NCBI RefSeq assembly: GCF_009914755.1
Contig: NC_060948.1
DNA length: 64,000 bases
Source of the DNA: the human T2T-CHM13v2.0 reference genome, Homo sapiens
Direction: 5' to 3' (one strand)
A program made the translations under genes and the position numbers. The notes beneath the pieces are model-generated. The model worked only from the letters and a program-made list of their open reading frames with translations, had not been told where the DNA came from and did no database searches. Positions 16,660-29,239 of this stretch are shown here, one piece after another (the first letter of the stretch is position 1; every line of letters starts with the position of its first letter).

Positions 16660-16677
16660 ATCTCACTTCTGATGCCA
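16660..16677 (-). other. Primer-binding site, tRNA-Leu(CAA)-type
   Basis: Minus strand TGGCATCAGAAGTGAGAT vs TGGTGTCAGAAGTGGGAT (15/18), 2 nt from the LTR. Confidence 0.8.
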
Positions 16678-16679
16678 AC

Positions 16680-17079
16680 TGTTAAAAGAAAAACTTCAGC
16701 CAAATTAAATTTAAAGAAGTTTAATTGCGCAATGGATGATTCACGAATTAGGCAGCCTCCTGAGCTAGAGCAGGCACTGGGACTCCAGCACAGCGACATA
16801 GTGGAAGATGATTTATGGACAGAAAAAGGAAAGTGACATACAGTAAATGGAAGTAAGGTACAGAAACAGCTGAATTGGTTACAGCTTGGCATTTGACTTA
16901 TTTGAACATGGTTTGAACAGTTGGCTACATTTGATTGGCCAAAACTAGGTGATTGGCACAAGTATAGGCTGTCGTCTGGGTTATACCTCCACTTGTTATA
17001 GTTCACGATGTACAGAAAAACCTTTAGGCTGAACTTAAAATATGTAAGGAGGCAGCTTTAGGCTAAACTTTATTTAACA
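16680..17079 (-). mobile_element. MER57A 5' LTR
   Basis: TG...CA ends; minus strand begins tgttaaataaagtttagcctaaagctgcctccttacatattttaagttcagcc. Confidence 0.9.
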
Positions 17080-17509
17080 CCTCTAAATCAAGCAATCAAA
17101 ATAATAGAAATCTGAGTTCATGATTTATATTTATGTGCACACAAAAAATAAACGATTTTGTTTATCATAAGGCTTGTTCGTCCAGGAGGTAAAAGGAAGA
17201 ATAACAATCAAATGGTTGAAGATTTTATGACCTGAATACTTGAATTCTAAAGCCAGGAAAATTTGCCTGTAGTTCAGTTCAATATACCTCAACACAGACA
17301 CAAGTTTGTTTTTAAAAGAAGCTCATTGAGTTGCAAAGAAAAGACTCACTCAAGCTGGTTCAGATAAAGAAAAGCTTGTTGTGATGGGCAGGCAGAACAA
17401 AATAATTTACAGACTCTCATTTATTCTGAGAATTGCAGAAAGATTATCTGGTTTTAATGCTTTTTAGGAGAGCTCTAAAGCAGGAATATGGTTGCAAATA
17501 AAAATTCAG

Positions 17510-17720
17510 GATCAAAATTGCTTAGAGCTAACTGTAGCCTCCATAATTCATTAGGAGTATGATTTTAGGCAAATTACCTAAAGCCTCGGTATTTTTTTTT
17601 AATTTTCAAAAGGGAAATAATACTAACAACCTTGTAGAGATTTTGTGAAAAATCAATGAAATCATATTACTAGTTTTCATGGTAGATTTAGTATCTGGTA
17701 AATGCTAACTATCATTATTA
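17510..17720 (+). mobile_element. MIR fragment
   Basis: gattttaggcaaattacctaaagcctcgg...aaatggg-like core...gattttgtgaaaaatcaatgaa. Confidence 0.6.
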
Positions 17721-17952
17721 AAATTATGTATGTCTGTCTCTTGCAGCACCACTGCAGAATGCCAAAATATTTTTATACTTCTAGTTTTAATTAACAATTT
17801 TAATTTATATTTATCATAGCTATTAGGAGCAGCTCTTTAAATCAGGATATGTGATTGTCTGCTATAGCCTGTAAATGACTTACCCTTGGATACAGTTAGT
17901 TAGCTGCAGTTAAGAGACTGGAATCACATGGTACAAAGATCGACTGCCTAAG

Positions 17953-18499
17953 TGTCAGAGGCATGTGAACAAGAGCAAATACATCTTAATTAGGTACTGG
18001 GTAAAATGAGGCTAAGACCTACTGGGCTGCATTCCCAGACAGTTAAGGCATTGTAAGTCACAGGATGAAATAGGAGGTCAGCACAAGATACAGGTCATAA
18101 AGACCATGCTGATAAAACATTGCAGTAAAGTAGCTGGCTAAAACAAAAAAACCAAGATGGCCAGGAGAGTTACCTCTGGTCGTCCTCTGCTACACTCCCA
18201 CCAGCGCCATAACAGTTTACAAATACCATGGCAATGTCAGGAAGTTACCCTGTATGGTCTAAAAGGGGAGATAGGAATAATCCAACACTTGTTTAAAATA
18301 TAATCAAAAAATAACCATAAAAATGGGCAAACATTAGCCCTCAGAGCTGTTCTGTCTGTAGAGTAGCCATTCATTATTTTTTTTACTTCCCTAATAAACT
18401 TGCTTTTACTTTACTCTATGGACTCTCCCTGAATTGTTTCTTGCAGGAAATCCAAAAACCCTCTCTTGGGGCCTGGATTGGGACCCCTTTTCCTTAACA
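17953..18499 (+). mobile_element. MER41A-type solo LTR
   Basis: tgtcagaggcatgtgaac...ggaccccttttccttaaca; flanks taag/caag; lacks the MER41B GAS segment. Confidence 0.9.
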
Positions 18500-18544
18500 C
18501 AAGCAACAGGGGCTTAAGACTGTGGGATTTCCATAAAAAAAAGC

Positions 18545-18780
18545 GATGGGAGTTAAACAATGTGTGCACATGAACATAGAGTGTGGAATGATAGAAACTT
18601 GATCCTTAGAATGGTGGGAGGGTGAGAGGTGGTTTAGGGGTGAAAAAATCACTTAATGGATGTAATGTACATTATTCCAGTGATGGAGACACCAAAAGCT
18701 CAGGCGTCACCACTGTGCAATATACCCATGTAACAAAATTGCACTTGTACTGCATAAATCTATACAAATATAAAAAACAA
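18545..18780 (+). mobile_element. L1 3' end fragment (L1PB4/L1MA-like)
   Basis: caccactgtgcaatatacccatgtaacaaaattgcacttgtac...aaatataaaaaa. Confidence 0.75.
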
Positions 18781-19324
18781 GGAATGTGGACATGGCAAGA
18801 AATAATTGATGGGATTATCCAATGCAATTACTTTCTCCCATGATGGAAATGTATACTTTTCAAACATTAAAAACAACAATAAAGAAGAAAATAGCTTGAG
18901 AACAATGAGTTAATAAAATACGTAATCTTTTGAGAAGCAGTGAATAGATTAAGGAGTTGCATGAATCAGAGAGATTTTGCTATTGTTTTTATAAAGGGTT
19001 AGTGAAGCCTGAAGATATATTGCTGAGTGTCTTTAGTGGCAAACCAAAATATTCAAATAAAGGCATTCCATTAATCATTTAATTCAATTCTAATTGCTCA
19101 TGAATAATTTCCTCTCAGTTTTTGTCGTTGTTATTCACCAGCAAGTGAAAAGCTGATATTGAATTGAGTGATAGTCAACATTATTGTGATTTTTTCTTTT
19201 TATAAAGTAACCAGTTACCTTTCTCAATTCTTGCTTCACTTTCATGGGTAGATAAAATTTGAACAGATTCTTACCTTCTCTTTGTATTGCATACAGCATT
19301 TCTGTATCTCACTGTTCATGAATA

Positions 19325-20103
19325 TGAGGACTAAACTCTGTTGTTTTTTTTTTAATCTTGCCCAAATTCCTATTTAAGGGGTCTAGGGAGTCATGCCCTA
19401 TAAACCATAAACCATAAATTCTCATCAGATGGGTTTTATTTGACCCTGTATATTGTGACTTACTTTCCAATCTGACTCTGGCATAATATTATGAGACAAG
19501 GAAAAAAATCAAAATATTTCACTCCAAAATATATTTCCTTGCCATACCTTGAAATTGCCCTGCAAATTATCTTGTGGGAAAAATCCACATTCTATAGAAA
19601 ATCCCCTTTCCCCTTTGTTTTCCTTCCTTCCTTTCCAGATCCAGGAGATAATCAACTAAGACCTAGGCACCATTTTAGGTCCAATAAGAAATATTTTACA
19701 ACCTGCTTTCTCTAAACTCTGCTATCTGAGAGCTTCCTCTGCACAATAAAACTTGATCTCCACAATCCTTTATGCTAACCTGAACATTTCCTTTCTATTG
19801 ATCCCAGTTCTTCAGATAAACTCAACCGATTGTCAACCAGAAAATGTTTAAATTTACCTATAGCCTGGAAGCCCCTGATTTCAGTTGTCATGCCTTTCTA
19901 AACCAAACCAATGCATTTCTTAAATGTATTTGATTAATGTCTTATGCCTCCCTAAAATATACAAAACCAAGCTGTGCCCCGACCACCTTGGGCACATGTT
20001 CTCAGGGCCTCCTGAGGGCTGTGTCACGGGCCATGGTCACTCATATTTGGCTCACAATAAATCTCTTCAAATATTTTACAGAGTTTGACTCTTTTCATCA
20101 ACA
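19325..20103 (+). mobile_element. MER4E-like solo LTR
   Basis: tgaggactaaactctg...gagtttgactcttttcatcaaca; perfect 4-bp TSD aata (19321-19324, 20104-20107). Confidence 0.88.
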
Positions 20104-22115
20104 AATACATAAATGGCTGTCCATAGGGAGTCTAACCAATGTTGAAAATTAAGTAAAATTTGTTAAATTGGATATTTAAAGGAAATAGGCAAAGAAACTA
20201 AAACGAACCAGAGTGGAAAAACAATAATGCAAGTATTATGTTTGTAGTTTTAGCCTGGTAAATATAAGCAATAGGTCATGTTGTTCCAAAGATATGGGAT
20301 TATTGTCTGAAGAAAATGTTTAAATAAGGAGGAAGAAACAAAATAAACATATTTTTCAAAATATCTATCAGTCAGAATAGAAGTAAAGAAAGCTCCCTTT
20401 CCAATCTGCTCAGAATGCAAAAATTACAGGATGCAAAATACATCACAGATAGTTGTACTTCCAGTATGTCCCAGACAGTAAACACTATGTATTTCTAATA
20501 ATTTTATTTTATTTTTCTGGAGCAGAGGGAAAGTTAAAAGGTGATAGATGAAGAAAAAATGATATTTCACAAATACATTGAGTTTAGAATATGGATCCAT
20601 AATAAACATATACCTTGTTTGCTTACAAAATCCACTGACAGTTTTTAGAATAAGGATAATAGATCAGAGCATCCAGTAACCAAAAACTGTTATCTGTGAC
20701 AAACACAATACACAGACATTAGCATCTTCAGATTATTGAACCAAAGGTTTTGTAACCTATTTTTTATTTCAGAATTCTGGTGGTTTGTCTGTTTTATTAG
20801 TTAAATAATAATTTACTCATTTTTTATATACTTTTATAATAGATTTCGAATTAGTTTGCATTTGCAAAGCAACCCCATGGTAGCTCAACAGCAAAAGTCT
20901 TTCACTTAATATAAACTGTACATTTGATTTCCAGAAAGTTGAAATAATGAGTCATTTTCCCCTTTGTGATAAGTAATTTATTACAACCATAGTGATTATT
21001 ACAGCATTCCATTAATTAGAATTTTACTAACACCAAGTCTTGCCTAATTGCTCTTAGTTTTTTCCTCATGAAAGCACTTTTACTTTTATTATTGTAATTA
21101 AGAAGGTGAGGCAAAATGAAAAGGATTTCTGTTACTTCACAAAATTGGATTAACAAAGTGAATATTTCACAATATGACAAAGGTGCATAGTATGCTACTT
21201 GTCAAAGTCATTCTTAATAATTTAGTCTGCCATCTGTGTTTTATAAATTCTATTTCCCTTTGAACTATTTTTGTGGTTTTTCTTTTAATTTTACTTTTAT
21301 GTTTAATTGATAGGGCTTCCTTCAGCCATTATTAGAAGTCTCTTCAATGATGTTCACTTCTTATAATTGTTTTATTATTTAAACATGCTGCAATTCAAAA
21401 TGCCATTCTTTAGTGTCTCTTAATTAGTTCATTCTACTTACTTTAACCCTTTGGTCTGCTTTCATTGGATTTTTGCTCTGACTTTGTACTCTGCCCATTC
21501 ATGTCAAAAACAGCCTGTTTCAATTCACCTATTTTTTTTTACTTTGTCATTGCCATGATTTAGAAAGTGCCATTTCTTTATGATAATAAACACTAAAGCA
21601 TGAATCACTGAATCATAGAAATTATAAGAGTATATGTTTCTAGAAAAGGGTAACTTTGAATAAGAAATGGAAAAAGAGGAGGGAGTATTTCCCTACTAGA
21701 TATACTTTTAAGCAACCTATATCTCCATAAATGAACAGATCAGCATAATGTGAAGAATAGTAAAAGAGTAAAACAATAAGGTTTCATGAAAATTTTGTAT
21801 AAAATGAGCTACTGAATTAATATGTATATTGTACTTTTTTCTTTAAATCACTGCTTATTCTCTTTGGATACAACTGAACATTCTCTCATTATAGAAACAT
21901 GTTTGTTCTCTAGGCTTTTGTAATGTTTTATTCTTCTCCTATATCTCCTGCTATTTAAATGTTGAATTCAAATGAGCTTTCTTCAGTTTTCTTTTGTTTT
22001 CAATGTATAGTTTTGTCTAAGTAATTTTATCTAGTGCCATAGTTTTAACATCAGTATTCAACCACCCACTAAATATTTCAAATGGGATCTCAAATAATGA
22101 TTTCCAACTTATATA

Positions 22116-22122
<7 letters not shown>

Positions 22123-22158
<36 letters not shown>
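22123..22158. repeat. (TG)n microsatellite
   Basis: About 17 tg units. Confidence 0.95.
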
Positions 22159-22368
22159 ATACATATACTATTCTGACCCAATCTGCTTCTTCCTACGCTT
22201 CCCCATTTCAATAAATAGTACCTATTTGTTCAGGCCCAGAACCAAGAAATATCTTTGATTCCTCTCTTTCCTGATATTCAAGCCCATTCTATTTACACAT
22301 TTTGTAGACTGTACCTCTAAGAAACTAAAAAATCTAAACATTTCTTTAAAATTCGACTATTACTACTT

Positions 22369-22675
22369 GAGTGGGACGTTGAGGGGGAAGTAGGGATGGT
22401 TAATGGGTACAAAAACTAGTTAGAAAAATGAATAAGACCTACTATTTGATAGTACCACAGCATGACTATAGTCAATAATAACTTAATTGTACATTTTAAA
22501 ATAACTAAAAGAGTGAAATTGGATTGTTTGCAACTCAAATGATAAATGATTGAGGAGATGGACACCCCATTCTCCATGATGTGTTTATTTCACATTGCAT
22601 GCCTGTATCAAAACCTCTCATGTACCCCATAAATATATATATAGCTACTATGTACCCACAAAAGTAATTAAAGAA
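22369..22675 (+). mobile_element. L1MA1-3-like 3' end
   Basis: gggatggttaatgggtacaaaaa...catgcctgtatcaaaacctctcatgtacccc; flanking repeat ctattactactt at 22357-22368 and 22679-22690. Confidence 0.85.
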
Positions 22676-25199
22676 ATTCTATTACTACTTTGTTAAAAAC
22701 ACCATCTTATCTTGTCTGGATTATGATGGGAAACAAACAAACAAAATTCCTAACTTGTCTCTCTGCCTTTATTCTAGTCAGAATTTGTTCAAAACAATAA
22801 GCAAAATAAGCGTTTTTAAGAGTATATAAAATTGCATCACACTCTTGCTTAAACTTTAGTGGCTTCCCATAGTACAAATAATATTAACCAAAACAACTTA
22901 TCATGGCCTTTAAAACCCGCTGACTATCGCCCCTTCTTCACCTCCTTCCATTCTTGCCACCTACCACTATATTCAGCCTCACTGGGCTTTTTCTGCCCCT
23001 TGTATACTCCAAGTCTAATCTCATATCAAGTAATGTATTACTATGCCTTCTTGGAACAGCCTTATCCTAGATCTTTGCTTGGCTGCTTCCTTTTCATGAT
23101 TCAAGTCTCAATTAAATATCTCCTTCTCAGATACACTTTCCATAGATACCATATTTAAATCAGTTAAATAGCCATCATTTTCCATGGCTACTATATTTAA
23201 TCAGTAGGTCATCAGCTACTATATTTAATCAGTAGCCATCACTTTTCATGGCTACTATATTTAAAATAGTGTCATGCTTTTACTTTATTAAATGATATTT
23301 TTCATTGAATTAATCATTGACTGAATTTTTTTTTATTTATTTGTTCATGTGTATATACGGCACGGTCTCCCTTACTCTCTCTCTCTATTTCATTAACAGC
23401 TAAGTCCTCAGCATGTAAACTAAGGCATGAAAATCATTAGCAGTTCGAAAGATATTTATTGACTAATTTATGTGAACCTGCCTTTTATTTTGTATTTACC
23501 CATACAAGGGCCGTATTAGGTATCCAGAAATATATTTGGCAATATAATCCAACTAATTTTGCATGTGATAATAGTCACAAATTAGTCACTTGAGTCTCAC
23601 ATGTTACTCTTGTGACTAGGAAGCAATTTTGTCACTATTTTTTAGGATTTAGAAATTGTTTTATCACTGAAATTTTTTGGTGTTATCCCTTGCATAAGGA
23701 TTCTTTTCAAAGTATTATTGTAAGATTAGTTAGCTGCTCCAGCAGTTAAAAGGAAAAGAAGAAAACACAATAGAAAAGGAAAATTAAAACTCATCTTTCA
23801 AAGATGAAAAAGCTAAGGTTTCTAAACAGTATCTTAATTCTAGTCTTAGGTCAAATAATAAAATAAAGTACTACACTAAATTATAATACCGATCATTTTA
23901 TTGACTACAATGTTGAACAGATCACAATATGAACTTCCAGTGCCTCTTGTATAAGATCATTCATTTTCACTTATTTACTGGGCTCTGTGACCTTCATAAA
24001 GTATTAAATGTTACTAAATGCAATCAGTGAAATGACTTGTGGTTCTTTCCATGCAGTTATAAAAACAGGAACCAGAATTATCAGTGATTAGTTCCATGTC
24101 TATCTGTATCATTTTATTCATTATGTACTTTTTTCTTCTGTCATTATTATCAACTATTTCTTTTTACTACATGAAAATACTAAACTCAAGCTTATTACAT
24201 TTAAACTGCAATTTTTTTCTGAGATTGTTTTCATTAGTAATTATAATTGATCTTTAAAATACAAATTAATTTTTCTGAAAATAATAGGGGTAGAAATTTG
24301 AAAATCACTAAGAAAAAATGATAGTAGTTGAGAAGTAGTATTTCAATGACTGTGTAACTTTGGAAACAAAATACAACCTTATCAGTTAGGAGCTATATTT
24401 GCAATGGCACAACTCATGAGGTGTGATGAACTGTTAATTAGATTCAAGTTGCATAAATATCCACACAACTGAGTGCAAAACTCCATGATGATATGTAGCA
24501 TTGGTTTTATAATTGTGAGACGACTGGAGACAGGAATGGTCTGAGATAAGTAAGCTAATATGCCTTGAGATTGCCTCTGTATCGATTTTCACTCATCTCT
24601 AACAGCCGTTTTTCTAGTTTACATCTAAACAGGAATGTTTGTAATCTACATGTTTAAGCTAAAGACTTGCCTTAAAAATCTTCCTGTCTGTACTGACAGA
24701 CAGTACACACAGATCTAACAGAACTGTCAATTTAATGTTAATGCTTTGTTTGACAGGTGGCTAGAATCCTTAAATTTTACTTCATGCTGAATAAGTGAAA
24801 GAGAGTAACGCATGAAAATCAGGCATGTGTCTTCTATTATTAAGTTATAAAAATGAAACACTCTATTTCCCAAAAAGTAAAAATATTTACAAAATAGTAC
24901 ATATTTTTTAAAGATTTTTTGCCATCACAATAAAATCTGTTATGACCATTTGCCTCTCTCTGTTCTGCTGTTCTATTTAATTTCAAAGTTACATATGACA
25001 TATTTTCTTCAATTTCATATTACTCCTGCCTATAATATCATCAATTTCATGTACTTGTTTACCTTCTTTAGTCTACGTTCAGCTTTGGATCAGCTAAACA
25101 AGATTCCAGTAAATGTCTTTCTGTGCTAACACAACACTACAGACTGTGGATACAAACAGGACTAAAAAAAATTTGCTGCCCTTCAGAGATTCACATTCT

Positions 25200-25249
25200 T
25201 TAAGGAACACCAGGCAAGCAACAATTAAGGAACGCCAGGCAAGCAACAA
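25200..25249. repeat. 25-bp tandem duplication
   Basis: ttaaggaacaccaggcaagcaacaa / ttaaggaacgccaggcaagcaacaa. Confidence 0.95.
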
Positions 25250-26496
25250 ATAAATAAAGTGCACTGTGATTCATATAATTTACTAATTTTCAAGATACAG
25301 AAATGAGAGAAAGGTAATTAATTGTGATGGGAAAGGGGAGCCACAGGAAGGTTTTACATAGGATTTGGAACCTTATTTGAATTTTGAAGACAGAATGGGT
25401 ATTTTCTTAGCAGAGGAAAAATGAAGGGAATTTCAATCCTAGAGATTTCCAAGTGAAAAGGCAATGAAGGTAAGAATAACAGGAGTGCTTAAGGCAAAAC
25501 AATGACCTTGCATTCTCTTAAATGGAAAATGTGAATACAAGAGCAGCAGGAGAAAATATTGAAGAATTCATCAGACTTTGAAAGCTTTTTCCTGACATCC
25601 TTAGGCACTTGAAATATTTAAGAATGGTGTTATTATTTTCCCTACGAATTGCTTCTTTATCATTGTCTTGCTCTTGAGTTTAGGTATTTTATATACATAC
25701 ATATACATAAAAGGAATCTATTTCCTTTTATTATCCTTCTACAGGTTATTAATTAAAAAACTGCAGTTAAACACAGTTTCTGCCTTTTGTCAAACTATTG
25801 GTAATGTCATATTCATTCACCAAATTTCAAATTTTTTAAACACAAAATTTCTTTTTATTTATTAATAATGCTAAAAAATTAACTGCAGGAAATAAGAATA
25901 AAAGTGGCTCTAAATAAAACTTTCTACTACCTTCTTCTCCACTGTAACTGTCATCCTAAGGAACAAACAGAAGAAAGCCTTTTCCAATTCTAAGACTAGG
26001 CACTGAATCCTTGATGTGATAGTTTAATCAACATACCACTATATTACATTTCCATTCCTCCCTTTTATATTACATGTAAAGTATCTCACTAAAAAAGTAA
26101 AGTCCTGAAAGGACACAGAAAATTTCTGGATGTTTTCAATGTGTGTTGTTGATTCCTAATTATGGTGATTAGAAATATTGCCAAACTTTTTAGGTATTGA
26201 CCTCCAATTTTCCACTCTCAATTCTCCACATTAAAAGAGCCTATTGTAGATAATTAGGTAATTGGCAATTAGGCACACAGTTATTGTACTCAGGTGATTA
26301 TCTAAAAGAGAATTAGGCATGCAATGGATATATTTTGGCACAAATATTGAGTTTGTATAAGCAAATGTCTTTACAGAATGCATGGATTGTTGTTAATCAC
26401 AAATCTTAAGATCAAATTGAATTTGCATCTGCTGGTGAATTAATAGATTTAGTCATGGGCCAATGTGTGCTAATATCATAGAAAGAAAGGCAACTA

Positions 26497-26964
<468 letters not shown>

Positions 26965-27164
26965 TTATATGACAATAAAATCTATGGGGTAATTTTTTTC
27001 CCTCCCCTCCCCTGCCTACCCCAAATCAAAATTTTTAAATCTGATCAAGCCTCTGGGTCCAACTACCCATTTACAGGAACTAAAGGACAGAGGAACATAA
27101 TAAACACCACCACAGAGATGTAATCAGACCATGGGAATCTATACCACAAACATAATATATATTC

Positions 27165-27382
27165 TTTTATTTTTTTTTTTTTTGAGATGGGGTCTTGCTC
27201 TGTCAACCAGGCTGTAATGCAATGGCAGAATCTTGGCTCCCTGCAAACTTGAACTCCTGTACTCAAGCAATCTTCCCACTTCAGCTTCCTGAGTAGCTGG
27301 GACTACAGGTGTGCACCACCACACCCAGCTAATTTTTTAATTTTTTGTAGAAACAGTGTCTCACTATGTTGCCCAGGCTGGT
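27165..27382 (-). mobile_element. AluJ, 5'-truncated
   Basis: Poly(T) then gagatggggtcttgctctgtc...cactatgttgcccaggctgg. Confidence 0.88.
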
Positions 27383-27584
27383 GATCTATATTTTTTACAA
27401 AGTGTCATGAAAAAATATTGATGGAGAACCTGTGGATTAAAAGAGGCTTAAGAGACATATGCATTGCAACTACATTATTTTGATATTTTGACCATTACTC
27501 AAAATACATTCACTGAAGTGTGTGTGTGTGCATGCGTGTGTGTGTGTGTGTGTCTGTATGTGGTGAGGAAGAGAGAGAGAAATT

Positions 27585-27891
27585 GGCTGGGCGTGGTGGC
27601 TCACGCCTGTAATCCCAGCACTTTGGGAGGCTGAGGCAGGCAGATCATGAGGTCAGGAGATCGAGACCATCCTGGCTAACACGGTGAAACCCCGTCTCTA
27701 CTAAAAATACAAAAAAATTAGCCAAGCATGGTGGTGGGTGCCTGTAGTCCCAGCTACTTGGGAGGCTGAGGCAGGAGAATGGCGTGAACTCAGGAGGCAG
27801 AGCTTGCAGTAAGCCAAGATCGCGCCACTGCACTCCAGCCAGGGTGACAGAGTGAGACTCCATCTGAAAAAAAAAAAAAAAAAAAAAAAAA
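27585..27891 (+). mobile_element. AluY
   Basis: Alu body, ~26-nt poly(A), TSD agagagaaatt. Confidence 0.95.
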
Positions 27892-28344
27892 AGAGAGAAA
27901 TTTTGGGGACAGTGGAAATTTGAACACTGACTAGATAATTAATGAAAAGGAAATATTGTTAGTTTTTAGGTGTGATAATGGCATTGTGTTATGATTTTTT
28001 AAAGATTCCTTCCTTTTTTTAACTTTTTGTCTTGAAATAATTATAGATGCATAGGAAGTTGCTAAAACAGTAAAGTTTCCATGTATCCTTAAGTTTCGCT
28101 GAATGTTAGCATTATAAATAACTGTAGTAAATTATTAAATCCAGGAAATTGAAATTGGTACAATCACCAGCCTTATTCAGATGCCATCAGTTTTATATGC
28201 ATTTGTGTGTATGGGTGTGTATTTAGTTCATGTAATTTTAGCATATGTGTAGATTTGTATGACTACAACCACAATCCAGATAAAGAAGTGTTTCAACACC
28301 TCAAGGATCCTTGCTACTGCTCTTTTATTGTATTTGTAGTTATT

Positions 28345-28505
28345 TAATTATTTATTTAGAGTCAGGATCTCACGCTGTCTCTCAGGCTGGAGTGCAGTGG
28401 TGCTATTACGGCTCACTGCAGCCTCAACCTCTGGGCCCAAGAAATCCTTCCATCTCAATCTCCAAAAGTGCTGGGATTATAGGTGTGAGACACCATACTC
28501 AGCCC
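28345..28505 (-). mobile_element. FLAM/AluJ monomer-like fragment
   Basis: aggctggagtgcagtggtgc...aaagtgctgggattataggtgtgagacacc. Confidence 0.75.
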
Positions 28506-29239
28506 ACCCTTTTATAATAACAGCCACCTCCCTTCTTCCCCTCTTTTTAATATTAGGCAATGAAAAACCTACCTTTATGATTTTGTAATTTAAAGTATCT
28601 ACATATATATTAATTAATACCTTATGTAAGCCTTTTGGATTAAGGTATTCCCTCAGCATAATTCCCTAAAGATTCATTCAAGTTGTATATACAAACAGTT
28701 CATTTCTTTGTATTGCTGGGTAGTATTTCATGGTATGGATGCACCACAACTTATTTAATTATTTACCCATTGAATGAAATATGGATTCTTTTGCAGCTTT
28801 TGATTTTTATGAATAAAGATGCTTTAAATATTCCCATGTAGGTTTTTGTGTAAATATAAATTTTAATTTATTTGTGAAAAATTGCCAAGAGTGTAGTTGT
28901 TGGGTCATATGGAAGTTCCACATTTAGCTTTAAAGGTTACTGTAAAAATGTTTTCAAACAAACTGTGAGTAACATTATACATTCCTACCAGCAATGTATA
29001 AATGATCCAGTTTCTCTGCACCCTCACACACATTTGAGATGGTCATTGTATTTTATTTTCGGCATCCTAATAGGAGCATAGTGATAGCTCAATGTGGTTT
29101 TAATTTCCATTTCCCCGATGGCTAATGGTTTTGAACATGTTTACACATAATCAATGTGACATATGTATATTCTCTTGGGTGAAATGTATTTATGTCTTTT
29201 GCTCATTTGCTGATTGTTTTGTTTTTATTATTAACTTTT

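Larger units (their letters stand above)
21870..23470 (+). mobile_element. L2 remnants interrupted by (TG)n and an L1MA 3' end
   Basis: ccaatctgcttcttcctacgcttccccatttcaataaat..., cacactcttgcttaaactttagtggcttcccat are L2-like. Confidence 0.6.

Noticed and set aside
20110-26490. Possible exons in the least repetitive AT-rich stretch
   Set aside because: No recognisable protein similarity, CpG island or convincing exon; only L2/L1 remnants and simple repeats.
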